64,000 nucleotides of DNA from Thermodesulfobacteriota bacterium. GTDB taxonomy: Bacteria > Desulfobacterota_D > UBA1144 > Nemesobacterales > Nemesobacteraceae. Position numbers and translations under genes: made by a program. The stretch spans positions 713,963 to 777,962 of the forward strand of contig OY763921.1 of assembly GCA_963667625.1 (NCBI GenBank). Reading direction: 5' to 3'. Shown here one piece after another: positions 1-10,537 of the stretch (within the stretch, counting starts at the first letter, position 1; the number at the start of each line of letters is the position of its first letter). Under the pieces are notes generated by a model. The model was not told the origin of the DNA. It was given only the letters and a program-made list of their open reading frames with translations, and ran no database searches.

Positions 1-72
1 TGTTCCGGGAAAAGAAGCTTCATACTTTCGATAATAACATGTTTTTACGCTGAGGGGTATTCCGGGTTGAGA

Positions 73-1536
73 TTATCCAAGCGGAGCAACTTCTTTTTCG
101 TACCACTTCGTGCTTTGCTCGTAGGCGTATGCGACATTGAGCACCGTTTGCTCGTCAAACGGTTTTCCCATTATCTGAAGCCCTATCGGAAGTTTTTCTG
201 AACTGAATCCGCACGGGACTGATATTCCTGGCAGCCCTGCTATGTTGCAGGGAATGGTAAGTATGTCGGATAGGTACATTTTAAGGGGATCGTCCGCTTT
301 CTCACCTATTCTGAAAGCGGTTTCAGGAGAAGTGGCGCTCGCTATGACGTCAACTTTTTCCCACGCGCTGTCAAAATCCCTTATTATCAGGGTTCTTACC
401 TGCTGCGCTTTCAGGTAATAAGCGTCATAATAGCCTGTGGAGAGGGCATAAGTCCCAAGCATTATTCTTCTTTTCACTTCATCTCCGAATCCCTCCGAGC
501 GGCTTCTGAAAAACAGATCCCTTAGGGTTTCTGCGTTTTCGCAGCGGTATGTGTACCTTACTCCGTCGTATCTCGCTAGATTCGAACTTGCTTCCGAGGG
601 GGCTATTATATAGTAGGTTGAAACCGCGTAGGGGGAGTGAGGAAGTGAAATTTCCACAATTTCCGCTCCTAGGGTTTCAAGTTCGGCGATAGCTTTGCGG
701 ATGGATTTTTCCACGTCGGGGTCCATCCCCGAAATGAAGTATTCCTTCGGTATGCCTACCCGCAGTCCCTTTATATCTGCACTGAGCGCGCTTGCGTAAT
801 CAGCGGTCGGAAGGTTTACGGATGTTGAGTCCATCGGGTCATGGCCCGCTATGGAAGAGAGGATTACGGCCGCGTCCTCCACGGTTTTCGCAAGCGGTCC
901 CGCCTGATCGAGGGAAGAAGCAAATGCGATCATGCCGTAGCGGCTTACCCTTCCGTAGGTGGGTTTCATTCCCACTACCCCGCAGAGCGAAGCGGGCTGT
1001 CTTATGGAACCCCCGGTGTCTGTTCCGACTGACGCGACGCACAGATTTGCCGCCGTGGCGGCGGCGCTACCCCCGCTTGATCCTCCCGGAACCCTGTCGG
1101 TGTCCCAGGGGTTTCTTACCGGTCCGAAGTAAGATGTCTCGTTTGAAGATCCCATGGCGAACTCGTCCATGTTATTTTTCCCGAGTACTACGGAACCGCT
1201 TGCCATGAGTTTTTCGGCCACGGTGGAATTATAGGGGGAGACGAAATTCCGCAGCATTTTTGACCCGCAGGTGGTCCGCGAGTCCTTTGTTACGAAAATA
1301 TCTTTAAGCGCTATTGGGACTCCATGGAGAGGACCCAGATAGTTTCCTTCGGATATCTCCTTTTCTGCCTTTCTGGCGGCTTCCAAGGCCACTTCTTTCC
1401 AGACGGTTATGTAAGAGTTTATTTTTGCGTCCTCGGAGGATATGCGCTCGAGAAAAAGTTCGGCAAGTTCCACCGGGGAAGCCTCCTTTTTTCCTATTAA
1501 TGCGGCTGCCTCTTTTATGGTTCTTGGAATGGACAT
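73..1536 (-). CDS. gatA: Asp-tRNA(Asn)/Glu-tRNA(Gln) amidotransferase subunit A
   Basis: Amidase signature [31 protein letters not shown]; follows gatC. Confidence 0.97.
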   Translation of the reverse strand: MSIPRTIKEAAALIGKKEASPVELAELFLERISSEDAKINSYITVWKEVALEAARKAEKEISEGNYLGPLHGVPIALKDIFVTKDSRTTCGSKMLRNFVSPYNSTVAEKLMASGSVVLGKNNMDEFAMGSSNETSYFGPVRNPWDTDRVPGGSSGGSAAATAANLCVASVGTDTGGSIRQPASLCGVVGMKPTYGRVSRYGMIAFASSLDQAGPLAKTVEDAAVILSSIAGHDPMDSTSVNLPTADYASALSADIKGLRVGIPKEYFISGMDPDVEKSIRKAIAELETLGAEIVEISLPHSPYAVSTYYIIAPSEASSNLARYDGVRYTYRCENAETLRDLFFRSRSEGFGDEVKRRIMLGTYALSTGYYDAYYLKAQQVRTLIIRDFDSAWEKVDVIASATSPETAFRIGEKADDPLKMYLSDILTIPCNIAGLPGISVPCGFSSEKLPIGLQIMGKPFDEQTVLNVAYAYEQSTKWYEKEVAPLG

Positions 1537-1540
1537 TGGG

Positions 1541-1837
1541 TTAGCTCTGGTCCTCTATGACTTTTGGAACCGTGAAAAAATCGTTTTCTTTGCTGGGTGC
1601 GTTGTGAAGGGCATCTTCAGCCGTTATTAACTGATTCACCTCGTCTTTTCGGAAGGGGATTGAGAGTTCAAGCACATGCGATGTGGGCTCCACGTTTTTC
1701 GTATCGAGCTCGGCAAGCTCATCTATGTGGACGAGGATGTCCCCGAGCTGACGGGCGAACTTCGAAAGTGTCTCGTCATCAAACTCGAGCCTCGCAAGCT
1801 CGGCTGTGTTCAGCACGTCTTTTTTAGATATTTTCAT
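1541..1837 (-). CDS. gatC: Amidotransferase subunit C
   Basis: 98 aa, LARLE...VEPTSH...FRKD...NAP...FTVPKVI; directly upstream of gatA. Confidence 0.95.
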   Translation of the reverse strand: MKISKKDVLNTAELARLEFDDETLSKFARQLGDILVHIDELAELDTKNVEPTSHVLELSIPFRKDEVNQLITAEDALHNAPSKENDFFTVPKVIEDQS

Positions 1838-1875
1838 TGTTAGAGTCCTGTGCAGGGTTTTTATCTGGAAATTCT

Positions 1876-2835
1876 CTAACGGTTTTCGTGAGCCCCGCGA
1901 ATAATGCTCTCCGCAAAATCTACTATCTGCGATTCAAGCTTTACTCCACTGAAAAAATTTATTTCCTGAACGCATGTAGGGCTCGTGGTGTTGACTTCGG
2001 TCAGATACCCTCCGACTATGTCGATTCCGACCAGATAGAGCCGGTCTTCTAAAAGTTTCTGTCTGAGGCCGTCGCATATTTCTAGGTCTCTTTCCGTAAG
2101 CGTGGTTTTCTCGGGATGTCCTCCGGAGTGGAAATTGCTTCTGAATTCTCCCTTTGCGGCTACCCTCATTACAGCTCCTATGGGCTGGCCGTTTAGAAGT
2201 ATAACCCTTTTGTCTCCTTGCGAAACTTCTTTTATGAACTTCTGGGCCATCACATAGACCCGCCCAAAGTCGGTTATGTTCTCGAATATAACGTTGAGGT
2301 TAGGGTCATCGGCTCTTACGAGAAAAATCCCCTCCCCGCCGTAACCGTCAAGCGGTTTTACCACAATTTCGTTACCGGTCTCGTAGAGAAACTCCTTTAG
2401 CTTTTCGATATCTTTTGAAACCAGGGTAGGGGGGATGTAGTCGGCGAAATTAAGGCTGTACATTTTCTCGTTGGATTCCCTTATCCCGGCCGGATGGTTG
2501 ATCACGTGAGTTGCGGATTCGTCAACCCTGCTTAGTATGTAGGTTGAGTAGATATAGTCCATGTTGAAGGGAGGGTCCTTTCTCATCCATACAACGTCAA
2601 AGTCATCAAGCGGAGAACTTTCCGTGGAACCCTTTGAGTAGTAATCACTTTTTCTCTCGAGGCTAAGCGTCGTTGAATCTGCCCATGCCCTCGAGTCCTT
2701 GACGAAAAGATCTTTGAGTTCGCAGTAGCGGATCTCATGTCCCCTGGCTTGGCATTCAAGCATTATGACGAAGGTGGTGTCCTTGTTTATGTTTATGGAT
2801 TCGATCGGATCCATTACGAAAAGCATTTTCGACAT
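1876..2835 (-). CDS. gshB: Glutathione synthetase (ATP-grasp)
   Basis: FVMDPI, MRKDPPF, NEK, KPLDGYGGEGIF, EVNTTSPT motifs. Confidence 0.95.
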   Translation of the reverse strand: MSKMLFVMDPIESININKDTTFVIMLECQARGHEIRYCELKDLFVKDSRAWADSTTLSLERKSDYYSKGSTESSPLDDFDVVWMRKDPPFNMDYIYSTYILSRVDESATHVINHPAGIRESNEKMYSLNFADYIPPTLVSKDIEKLKEFLYETGNEIVVKPLDGYGGEGIFLVRADDPNLNVIFENITDFGRVYVMAQKFIKEVSQGDKRVILLNGQPIGAVMRVAAKGEFRSNFHSGGHPEKTTLTERDLEICDGLRQKLLEDRLYLVGIDIVGGYLTEVNTTSPTCVQEINFFSGVKLESQIVDFAESIIRGAHENR

Positions 2836-2932
2836 GGTGATACTCTATACAAAATAGCGTTGGCGGACAATATGCCGACGGGGATTCTACCGAGGGAATC
2901 AAATCCGGCTCAACCGGTTTGAGGAAATTCCG

Positions 2933-3805
2933 TTATCCGAAGAATGACAGCAGCTCCGCGGAGGTCTCTTTGGGTTTTTCCTCCGGGACAAAATGGCCAC
3001 AGTCAAGCGGTTTTCCCGAAACGCTGAGCGCTTTTTTTCTCCATACGTCAAGCACGTCGTAGGTTCTGTGAATGAACCCCTTTCCACCCCAAAGAGCAAG
3101 AAGCGGGCACGTTATCTTGGCATTCATATCCTCTTCGTCGTGAACAATATCTATGGAAGCAGCGGCTCTGTAGTCTTCGCAGCTTGCGTGGATTGCGCGC
3201 GGGTCGCTGAAACAGCGCACATACTCTTTTACAGCCTCGGGATCAAATTTCGCGCCGGGAGCGCTCCAGCGTCTGAGTTTTTCAAGAAGATAGTACTCCG
3301 GATCGGCCCCTATCATTTTTTCCGGGAGCCCGTCGGGCTGGATAAGAAAAAACCAGTGGTAATAACCCGTAGAGAAGTGCTTGTCCGCGGTCTTGAACAT
3401 GTGGTGGGTAGGAGCTATATCCATGACGCAAGCCTTTAGGACTTTTTCAGGATGATCAAGACACATGCGGTGAAGCACCCTGGCCCCTCTGTCGTGTCCC
3501 GCAACGTAGAATTCATGAAAACCCAGAGCTTCCATCACCGAGACCATATCCGCGGCCATGGCTCTTTTTGAATAGTTCGAGTGATCTTTTTCCCCGGCGG
3601 GCTTAGAACTGTCTCCATACCCCCGGAGATCGGGACACACTACCAGAAAATTCGAGGCGAGAGTACACGCTACCTCATGCCACATGACGTGCGTTTGCGG
3701 GTAGCCGTGCAGAAGAAGCAAAGGTTTTCCTTTTCCTCCCCAGACGGTGTTTATCTCGACTTCGGGGGTCTGGATTTTCTGCTTTTTGAAGTTTTTTCCG
3801 AACAT
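2933..3805 (-). CDS. Fluoroacetate/haloacetate dehalogenase (alpha/beta hydrolase)
   Basis: LLHGYPQTHVMWH, GHDRGARV, YYHWFF, EDYRA, CGHFVPEE. Confidence 0.85.
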   Translation of the reverse strand: MFGKNFKKQKIQTPEVEINTVWGGKGKPLLLLHGYPQTHVMWHEVACTLASNFLVVCPDLRGYGDSSKPAGEKDHSNYSKRAMAADMVSVMEALGFHEFYVAGHDRGARVLHRMCLDHPEKVLKACVMDIAPTHHMFKTADKHFSTGYYHWFFLIQPDGLPEKMIGADPEYYLLEKLRRWSAPGAKFDPEAVKEYVRCFSDPRAIHASCEDYRAAASIDIVHDEEDMNAKITCPLLALWGGKGFIHRTYDVLDVWRKKALSVSGKPLDCGHFVPEEKPKETSAELLSFFG

Positions 3806-3868
3806 GTTTTCGTATATTCTATTCTAACCAGACGTAACTGCTTTCCTAAAAGCCGCGGGAGTGAAGCC

Positions 3869-4090
3869 ATGATTGAATACAAGGGGTATGTTGCAGAGGT
3901 TGAATTTGACGATTCCGTAGAGCGTTTTCACGGAAGAGTTATTAACAGCGGTAGTTATCCAATTGCCTCTTTTGAAGCGACTGATGCTGAGGGAGTACGA
4001 GAGGAGTTCCGTCGGTCGATTGACGAGTATTTTGCTTCGTGCGAGGAAGACGGATCAGAACCCGTAAAGCCTTTCCGGATCCCAACTTAA
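3869..4090 (+). CDS. HicB-like antitoxin, N-terminal domain only, orphan
   Basis: MIEYKGYVAEVEFDD...FHGRV...SIDEYFASCEEDGSEPVKPF; start reassigned to ATG 3869 within the 3581 ORF. Confidence 0.7.
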   Translation: MIEYKGYVAEVEFDDSVERFHGRVINSGSYPIASFEATDAEGVREEFRRSIDEYFASCEEDGSEPVKPFRIPT

Positions 4091-4131
4091 AGTGGTAAAA
4101 ACGACAGAGGGATAGTTCTTCAACTCTAGAA

Positions 4132-4992
4132 ATGTCTAACGTAGCACAAATAGTCAAAATGATTGCCGATGACTTCTATGGCGGTGACCTTAATCTATCC
4201 GAGAGGGGCATAGTATCTTACGACTCATGGTCGCAAATGCCGGATGTAAAATTTGTTGAGGAGATGAGAGCTTCCGGCAAGTCCGAACGCACCGTGCGCC
4301 TGTTTCTGACTTTCGTTTCTGCAATGGACCGCATGCGAGAGGCAAACAGTTTGTGGAAAGTGGCAGCGGAACTTTTCAGGTCACGTCCGGAATTCTTCGA
4401 GCCCGCCGAGGTAGTAAAAATTCCTCTGGAAACCCTTAAGTCACTTCTGAGTGAGAGCGGGGTAAGCAAGTACCACACACAGGACTCAGAAGCCTGGCAC
4501 GTTATTTCTGCCAGCTTGGTCTTGAATGATAGTCCGATCCGACGCGTAATAGAAAGTGGACATGGAGACGCCGAGGAATTACTGAAAGCGCTTAGGAGCA
4601 GGGACGAGACGGATCGCTTCAGATTTCCGCTTCTTCGCGGTCCGAAGATAGGGGCGATGTGGGTCCGGATCATGGCGAACCCGGGTGGAGCTGAGATAGA
4701 GCGCATAGAAAAGGTTCCCGTAGCGGTGGATGTTCAGGTTCGCCGTGCGACTGAGAATCTGGGGATCGCAAACACGCGAGGGCAGAAGCTCAGAGAAGCA
4801 AAACCGAAGATCCAAAAAGCCTGCCACGGAGCGGTTGCCCAGACCGATATAGGGGGACCGCCTAGGATTGCGGGAACAAGTGCGGCGCTTGATCCAGTGC
4901 TGTGGTTCTACGGCAAGTATGGTTGCAGTCATTGCGAAAAGGCAGGTAAGCAAATGCATATAAGTAGAGCTTGTAACCACTGTCAGCTTTAG
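4132..4992 (+). CDS. HhH-GPD-superfamily DNA glycosylase/lyase-like protein with C-terminal 4-Cys cluster
   Basis: FPLLRGPKIG (HhH-like), PVAVDVQVRR (Asp motif), C-terminal CSHC...CNHC. Confidence 0.6.
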   Translation: MSNVAQIVKMIADDFYGGDLNLSERGIVSYDSWSQMPDVKFVEEMRASGKSERTVRLFLTFVSAMDRMREANSLWKVAAELFRSRPEFFEPAEVVKIPLETLKSLLSESGVSKYHTQDSEAWHVISASLVLNDSPIRRVIESGHGDAEELLKALRSRDETDRFRFPLLRGPKIGAMWVRIMANPGGAEIERIEKVPVAVDVQVRRATENLGIANTRGQKLREAKPKIQKACHGAVAQTDIGGPPRIAGTSAALDPVLWFYGKYGCSHCEKAGKQMHISRACNHCQL

Positions 4993-5009
4993 CGGGGTGT
5001 TCTGTTCTT

Positions 5010-5720
5010 ATGCACCATAAAGGCGACCTGATAAAAGACCTTGAAATACTCTATTCTGCAAAACCTACCCCTGTAAGAGAAGCTTTTCGTATTCAGAAAA
5101 GACTTTCGCAAAGGGTTGTAAAAACCCCTGACCTGAAGCCTATTCACACAATTGCCGGTGCCGATATTGCTATCTGCGTTAAGGAAAAAAAGCTTGTCTG
5201 CGGAATGATTCTTTTTTCCTATCCTGAACTGGAGGAGATCGAGAGGGTATGGACTGTCTCGGATGAGGTATTTCCCTATATTCCGGGGCTTCTGGGGTTC
5301 AGGGAGGCCCCTTGCGTAATAAAGACTTTCGGCAAGCTTCGTGAGAGTTGTGACATGATCATGATAGACGGACATGGACTTGCTCATCCAAGAGGCTTTG
5401 GCCTTGCCTGTCACGTCGGGGTTTTGCTTGATATTCCGGCGATGGGCGTTGCGAAAAAATGCCTCTATGGGACTTTCAGTGAACCGGGGCTCAAGAAGGG
5501 TGAAAGAACATTGATGAGGGGAAAAGACGGCGAAGTCATTGGAACCGCTCTAAGAACCAGAGACGGTGTGAAGCCGGTTTTCGTGTCTATTGGGAACAGA
5601 GCCGATCTCGATACCTCAGTTATGATGGCACTTGAGTGTTCCCGAGGTCTTAGGATTCCCGAACCTACAAGGCTTGCCGACAAGTATGTAGGTCTGCTCA
5701 AAAAAGATGTGTGTGGATAA
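5010..5720 (+). CDS. nfi: Endonuclease V
   Basis: AGADI, FPYIPGLLGFREAP, IDGHGLAHPRGFGLACHVG, GVAK, KPVFVS, PEPTRLAD. Confidence 0.95.
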   Translation: MHHKGDLIKDLEILYSAKPTPVREAFRIQKRLSQRVVKTPDLKPIHTIAGADIAICVKEKKLVCGMILFSYPELEEIERVWTVSDEVFPYIPGLLGFREAPCVIKTFGKLRESCDMIMIDGHGLAHPRGFGLACHVGVLLDIPAMGVAKKCLYGTFSEPGLKKGERTLMRGKDGEVIGTALRTRDGVKPVFVSIGNRADLDTSVMMALECSRGLRIPEPTRLADKYVGLLKKDVCG

Positions 5721-5791
5721 ATTGCACCGCATACTTCTAAATGTGAGTATCCGGTCGGTTAAACTCATATTGTTCTAGGGAGGAATATAAT

Positions 5792-5962
5792 ATGCAGGAA
5801 CAGAAGTTAAAAACCCCTTCGGATATATATAATCGTCTTTACAAGTTGCTGAACGAAAAAATGAAAGAGGAGAGATTTGACGGGCTTGATGAGAGAGCAG
5901 AACTTACGTTGCGGACAATAGAATTTCTTGAAAGGCATCTAGAAAAAGAAGAAATAGGGTAA
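5792..5962 (+). CDS. Small hypothetical protein, 56 aa (below ORF-track cutoff)
   Basis: MQEQKLKTPSDIYNRLYKLL...HLEKEEIG, preceded by strong RBS GGAGGA at 8-nt spacing. Confidence 0.6.
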   Translation: MQEQKLKTPSDIYNRLYKLLNEKMKEERFDGLDERAELTLRTIEFLERHLEKEEIG

Positions 5963-5983
5963 TACCCAAGTAATTAAAACCAG

Positions 5984-6448
5984 ATGAGCGGTTCTGTGGA
6001 TCAGCATATTGCGAATTTCAATAAGGATTTTGAAACCTGGAGTATCGAGCTTCCGAAAGAGGCTGTTAAAAATCGACAACGGGGCAAGATCGTCAAGAGC
6101 GGGTGGACTATCTGGTATTTGTTTGGAACGGACGAAGCCGGCAACTACCTTGATTACTACGCGTCTCATCGGATGACAAACGACGGGCATGTCCGTTTGT
6201 ATGCCAACGGTAGTTTCAAGGTCCTGAATTCGTATTGCAGCACGCGCAGAGTTTCAGACGACCCGGAAGAGGACAGGCGGCTTGAGAATGAATTCTGGGA
6301 ACACAACGAGCATGTCTCACGGGAACTTGAATCTAAAGGTTTCGGGCTGGAAGGCAATGAACACCCGTCGACTATCATCAACCGCGCTTTGATTTCGTCT
6401 CGAGAATCTCATCGCAGAGTGACGAAAGGATCGGATTCAGAAGATTAA
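5984..6448 (+). CDS. Hypothetical protein
   Basis: 154-aa ORF filling the gap before the convergent carA; protein-like composition. Confidence 0.7.
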   Translation: MSGSVDQHIANFNKDFETWSIELPKEAVKNRQRGKIVKSGWTIWYLFGTDEAGNYLDYYASHRMTNDGHVRLYANGSFKVLNSYCSTRRVSDDPEEDRRLENEFWEHNEHVSRELESKGFGLEGNEHPSTIINRALISSRESHRRVTKGSDSED

Positions 6449-6506
6449 GCTTAGAGACTCTATTGCATCTTCGGTGCTGAGCCCCCGTTGTTCCCTGCCT
6501 GAGTTC

Positions 6507-7634
6507 TTACGCTGAGAAATCTTCCATCATCTCGATGAAGTCTCTGAAAAGATAGGAGGAGTCATGCGGCCCGGGCGAGGCTTCGGGGTGATACTGGACG
6601 CAGGAGAGAGGATAGTCCTTGTGTTTCAGCCCCTCGACGGTCTGGTCGTTCAGATTTACGTGAGAGACAGCGACGTTGCTTTTAAGCGAATCGGGGTCCA
6701 CGGCAAAGCCGTGATTCTGCGAAGTTATTTCTACCTTTCCGGTTGCAAGATTCTTAACCGGCTGGTTTCCTCCGCGATGCCCGAATTTTAACTTGAAGGT
6801 TTTTCCTCCGAGTGCGAGACCCAGTATCTGGTGTCCTAGACAGATTCCGAAAATGGGTTTTTTCCCGATGAGTTTTCTTACATTCTTCGAGGCGTATTTA
6901 ACCGCGGCCGGGTCCCCGGGTCCGTTTGAGAGAAAAATCCCGTCGGGGTCGGAAGCCAGTATGTCTTTAGAGTCCGTTTTCGACGGAAAAACCGTCGTTT
7001 CGCATCCAAGATCGTGAAGCTCCCTGAGAATGTTTCTCTTTATTCCGAAGTCGTAAACGGCGACTTTGAATTTTCTGGAGGGTTCGGAGTTTTTATCCTT
7101 GCTGTGGCGCCACTTTCCCGTTCCTTCATCCCATACGTAAGGCTGCGTGCAGCTTACTTCTGTTACTAGATCGCGTCCGACTATTCCCGGCGAGGAGTCG
7201 ACTTTTTCGGCTAGAGCCTCAGAGCTTGTCTCGACAGTTGAGATAATCCCCTTTATCGCTCCACCGATTCGTATGATCTTTGTAAGTTCTCTGGTGTCGA
7301 TTCCCTGTATGCCGGGTATTCCATGCCTTGAAAGAAAACTGTCAAGGCTCTCTTTTGATCTCCAGTTGCTCGGGTGATCCCAGTATTCCTTTACGACGAA
7401 ACCACTTAGGTGAGGTTTTTCTGATTCGAAATCCTCGGGGTTGATTCCGTAGTTGCCTATTTCGGGGTAGGTCATTACGATGATCTGACCGTTGTAGGAA
7501 GGATCCGTGAGTATTTCCTGGTAACCAGTTAGAGAGGTATTGAAAACAACTTCGCCGGTTGCCTCTCCCTGGGCTCCGAAGCTTGTGCCTTCGAATACTT
7601 TTCCGCCTTCAAGCGCGAGGTAAGCTTTTTTCAT
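6507..7634 (-). CDS. carA: Carbamoyl-phosphate synthase small subunit
   Basis: [34 protein letters not shown]. Confidence 0.97.
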   Translation of the reverse strand: MKKAYLALEGGKVFEGTSFGAQGEATGEVVFNTSLTGYQEILTDPSYNGQIIVMTYPEIGNYGINPEDFESEKPHLSGFVVKEYWDHPSNWRSKESLDSFLSRHGIPGIQGIDTRELTKIIRIGGAIKGIISTVETSSEALAEKVDSSPGIVGRDLVTEVSCTQPYVWDEGTGKWRHSKDKNSEPSRKFKVAVYDFGIKRNILRELHDLGCETTVFPSKTDSKDILASDPDGIFLSNGPGDPAAVKYASKNVRKLIGKKPIFGICLGHQILGLALGGKTFKLKFGHRGGNQPVKNLATGKVEITSQNHGFAVDPDSLKSNVAVSHVNLNDQTVEGLKHKDYPLSCVQYHPEASPGPHDSSYLFRDFIEMMEDFSA

Positions 7635-7834
7635 TGTTCAGGGGGTTAAAATATATACGCCTGTGGTAATGTCAAATGTTCCTTTCCCGTGGAGACTAAC
7701 ACGGCGTGTTCCAAATTGCTCTCTGTGGAAACCCGGCTTATTCCAATTAGCAAATTCTGTTGTATTATTTCTGGTCTTAAGGGGCGATTGCATCCAGAAG
7801 CTTGTCGCTGTCGATGTAGCGCGAAAATACCGAT

Positions 7835-9622
7835 ATGAACTGGGACCTTACTTCTTATTTTCCCGAATTTCAGGGAGTTGAATATAAAGAATTCAAAGAG
7901 AATCTCTCCGGAGGCATAAAGAGTCTCGACCAGAAGGCTTCGGCTTCTGAACCTCTTTGCAGAGAAAACCTTGCGTTCTGGAAAGATATCTTCCAGGAAA
8001 CGGAAAGGTTCATAAGCCAATATTCCCATATCCGTTCCTACGTGGGATGTCTCAGCGCTTCGGATTCCAACAGGGAGGACTATCTGCGCGAGGAAGCGGC
8101 AATTTCCCTTCTCGGTTCGGATCTCGAGAAGCTTGAGGTTCAGCTGCAAAGAGCGCTTCGGGATGTCGACGAAGATCTGCTTTCCGAGTTCGTCTCTTTC
8201 CCGGATATCGAGTCGGCTTCCTATTACGTGAGGCGCGTTTGGCGAAATTCCCGGTTCACCATGTCCGCTCCGAAGGAAATTCTGGCCTCGGAACTCGGAG
8301 TCGACGGGATAAGCGCCTGGGGGCGGATCTACGATACCGTATCTTCCAAGATGACGTTTGAGATGGTTTACCCCGACGGGACGGAAAAAAGACTTCCAAT
8401 GTCCCAGAGAAGATCGCTTATGGAAAGTCCCGACAGAGAGATAAGAAAAGCCGCTTTTTCCGGGGGCAACGAAGCCTGGGAGGATCTTGAAGACGTGGCC
8501 GCCGGGACCATAAACGCCATATCGGGAACCAGGCACACGCTCTACAGGCACAGGGAAATCGATCATTTCCTCGACGTAGCGCTCTTTGACGCGGCGATCT
8601 CAAGACAGACTCTGGATTCCATGATGGAGGCCATACGGGAGACGGTCGAGCTCCCAAGAAGCATTCTTAGGCTCAAGGCCGAGACGCTGGGGCTGGACGG
8701 GGTGTCGTGGTACGATCTGGGAGCCCCAATGAATCTTGGCAAAACCGGCGGGGTTGACTGGAGTGGTGCGAAATCTATGGTTTCCGATTCTTTCTCGGCT
8801 TCCTATACGCGCCTCGGCGGGTTTTTTGACCATATGTGCCAGAGCGAGTGGATAGACTGGGAAGTAAGGGAAGGAAAAAGACCCGGGGGTTTCTGCACGG
8901 ATTCTCTTCTCACCGGGGAGTCAAGGATATTCATGACATATAACGGCGGGGTAGGCGACATACTCACCCTCGCTCACGAGGCGGGCCATGCCTTTCATTC
9001 TCACGTGATGAGGGAACTTCGTCCCTATGCACAGTTCTACCCCATGACGCTTGCCGAAACCGCTTCAACTTTCGGGGAAATGCTGCTTGCCGAGGGACTG
9101 CTGCGGGATCCCTCAACGAGCGTTGAAGACAAAGTGCTTGTGAGGGATGCAGAAGTAAACCACGGGGCCATATATCTTCTGGACATTCCCGTCAGGTATG
9201 AGTTCGAAAGGAAGCTCTACGAACGGCGTGCCGAAGGGGAACTGACAGTGAGCGAGCTAAAGGACCTTATGACCGAGACCCAGAAGGAGATTTTCGGAGA
9301 CGTGCTTTTGGAATGCGACCCGTTTTTCTGGGCTTCAAAGCTTCATTTCTACATAACGGGCGTCAGTTTCTATAATTTCCCCTATACTTTCGGCTACTTG
9401 CTGAGCAGGGCGCTTTTCGAGAAATTCAGGCAGCATGGCGAGGAATTTATTCCAGTTTACGAAGAGTTTCTAGCTCTCACCGGTTCAGACGATGCGGAAG
9501 GGGCGGTAAAAAGATCCATCGGGGACGATATAACGAGCAAAGATTTCTGGAAAGAGGCAATTCTTACCCTCTTACGACCGCTTGAGGATCTAAAAGAACT
9601 TCTGCCCTCGGTTACTACATAA
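7835..9622 (+). CDS. pepF: M3B oligoendopeptidase F
   Basis: WDL N-terminus, GKRPGGFC, TLAHEAGHAFH, AETAS, FYNFPYTFG. Confidence 0.9.
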   Translation: MNWDLTSYFPEFQGVEYKEFKENLSGGIKSLDQKASASEPLCRENLAFWKDIFQETERFISQYSHIRSYVGCLSASDSNREDYLREEAAISLLGSDLEKLEVQLQRALRDVDEDLLSEFVSFPDIESASYYVRRVWRNSRFTMSAPKEILASELGVDGISAWGRIYDTVSSKMTFEMVYPDGTEKRLPMSQRRSLMESPDREIRKAAFSGGNEAWEDLEDVAAGTINAISGTRHTLYRHREIDHFLDVALFDAAISRQTLDSMMEAIRETVELPRSILRLKAETLGLDGVSWYDLGAPMNLGKTGGVDWSGAKSMVSDSFSASYTRLGGFFDHMCQSEWIDWEVREGKRPGGFCTDSLLTGESRIFMTYNGGVGDILTLAHEAGHAFHSHVMRELRPYAQFYPMTLAETASTFGEMLLAEGLLRDPSTSVEDKVLVRDAEVNHGAIYLLDIPVRYEFERKLYERRAEGELTVSELKDLMTETQKEIFGDVLLECDPFFWASKLHFYITGVSFYNFPYTFGYLLSRALFEKFRQHGEEFIPVYEEFLALTGSDDAEGAVKRSIGDDITSKDFWKEAILTLLRPLEDLKELLPSVTT

Positions 9623-10535
9623 GATTCCCGATAACCCTCTCTACGGGGGAGAGTGACTTAACCAGTATGTCAACTACTATGCCGAGCATTATGAGAAGCA
9701 TGTAGATGATTGAAGCCGAGAATGCCTTTCCGTAACCACGGTTGGCAAAAACGCTCCTTACTACTAGGTAATTAAAGTATATTCCGGATACTGCGGCGAA
9801 AGCCGCAAAATAAACGGTGTTTGTCCCCGTGAGCCAGAGGATGAAAGTCAGGGGTATAAGGGAGAGGGAGTAGATAAGTATCAGCATGTTGGTGTACTTC
9901 GTCCCCAAGGCGACGGGAAGAACGTTTATCCCGGCTTTTTCATAATCCTTTTTATATTTCTGCGCGAGCACCCAGAAGTGGGGAGGCTGCCAGAGCATCA
10001 TGAATATGAATACTATCATCGCGTCGAGCTGCAGGACGGGTTTTATTGCGGTGTAGCCTATAAGAACGGGAAGGGCGCCCGGTATTCCCCCAAGTACTGT
10101 GCCGAAAGGGGAAGTTCTTTTGAGGAAAAGGGTGTAAATAAGAGTGTAGCTTAGAATCGCGAGGAGAATGAGCGCCGCGTTTACATAATTGAAGTAAGAA
10201 AGCGAGATGAAGAGAGCCACTACCATCATGAGTATCGAGATTGCCCACGCGTTTCGATCTCCGAGAACTCTCAGGGCTTCCACCCTTTTGTTAAGGCGGG
10301 TCATCTGCTTGTCGATTTTCTTGTCGAGCAGGTTATTCAGAATTGCCGCTCCACCAGCGCTAAGAAGAAGGGAGGCAACGCATAGAAAAACCGTTTGTAA
10401 AGAGGGGAAGGCCCGGTTGGCCACTACCATTCCCGCAAGGCCGGTAAACGCCACGCTCATTATTATTCCGGGCTTAGAGAGGATAACGGCGGAAACCGCC
10501 ATGTTTCCCACGGATTTTTTCTGCGCTTCGCTCAT
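9615..10535 (-). CDS. ctaB: Protoheme IX farnesyltransferase (heme O synthase)
   Basis: NNLLDKKIDKQMTR, LKRT, GALPVLIG, WQPPHFW; lies in the oxidase operon. Confidence 0.92.
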   Translation of the reverse strand: MSEAQKKSVGNMAVSAVILSKPGIIMSVAFTGLAGMVVANRAFPSLQTVFLCVASLLLSAGGAAILNNLLDKKIDKQMTRLNKRVEALRVLGDRNAWAISILMMVVALFISLSYFNYVNAALILLAILSYTLIYTLFLKRTSPFGTVLGGIPGALPVLIGYTAIKPVLQLDAMIVFIFMMLWQPPHFWVLAQKYKKDYEKAGINVLPVALGTKYTNMLILIYSLSLIPLTFILWLTGTNTVYFAAFAAVSGIYFNYLVVRSVFANRGYGKAFSASIIYMLLIMLGIVVDILVKSLSPVERVIGNLM

Positions 10536-10537
10536 TG

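Noticed and set aside
1-72. gatB following gatA
   Set aside because: The 72 available bases show no GatB-like N-terminus (VIGLE); cannot be called.
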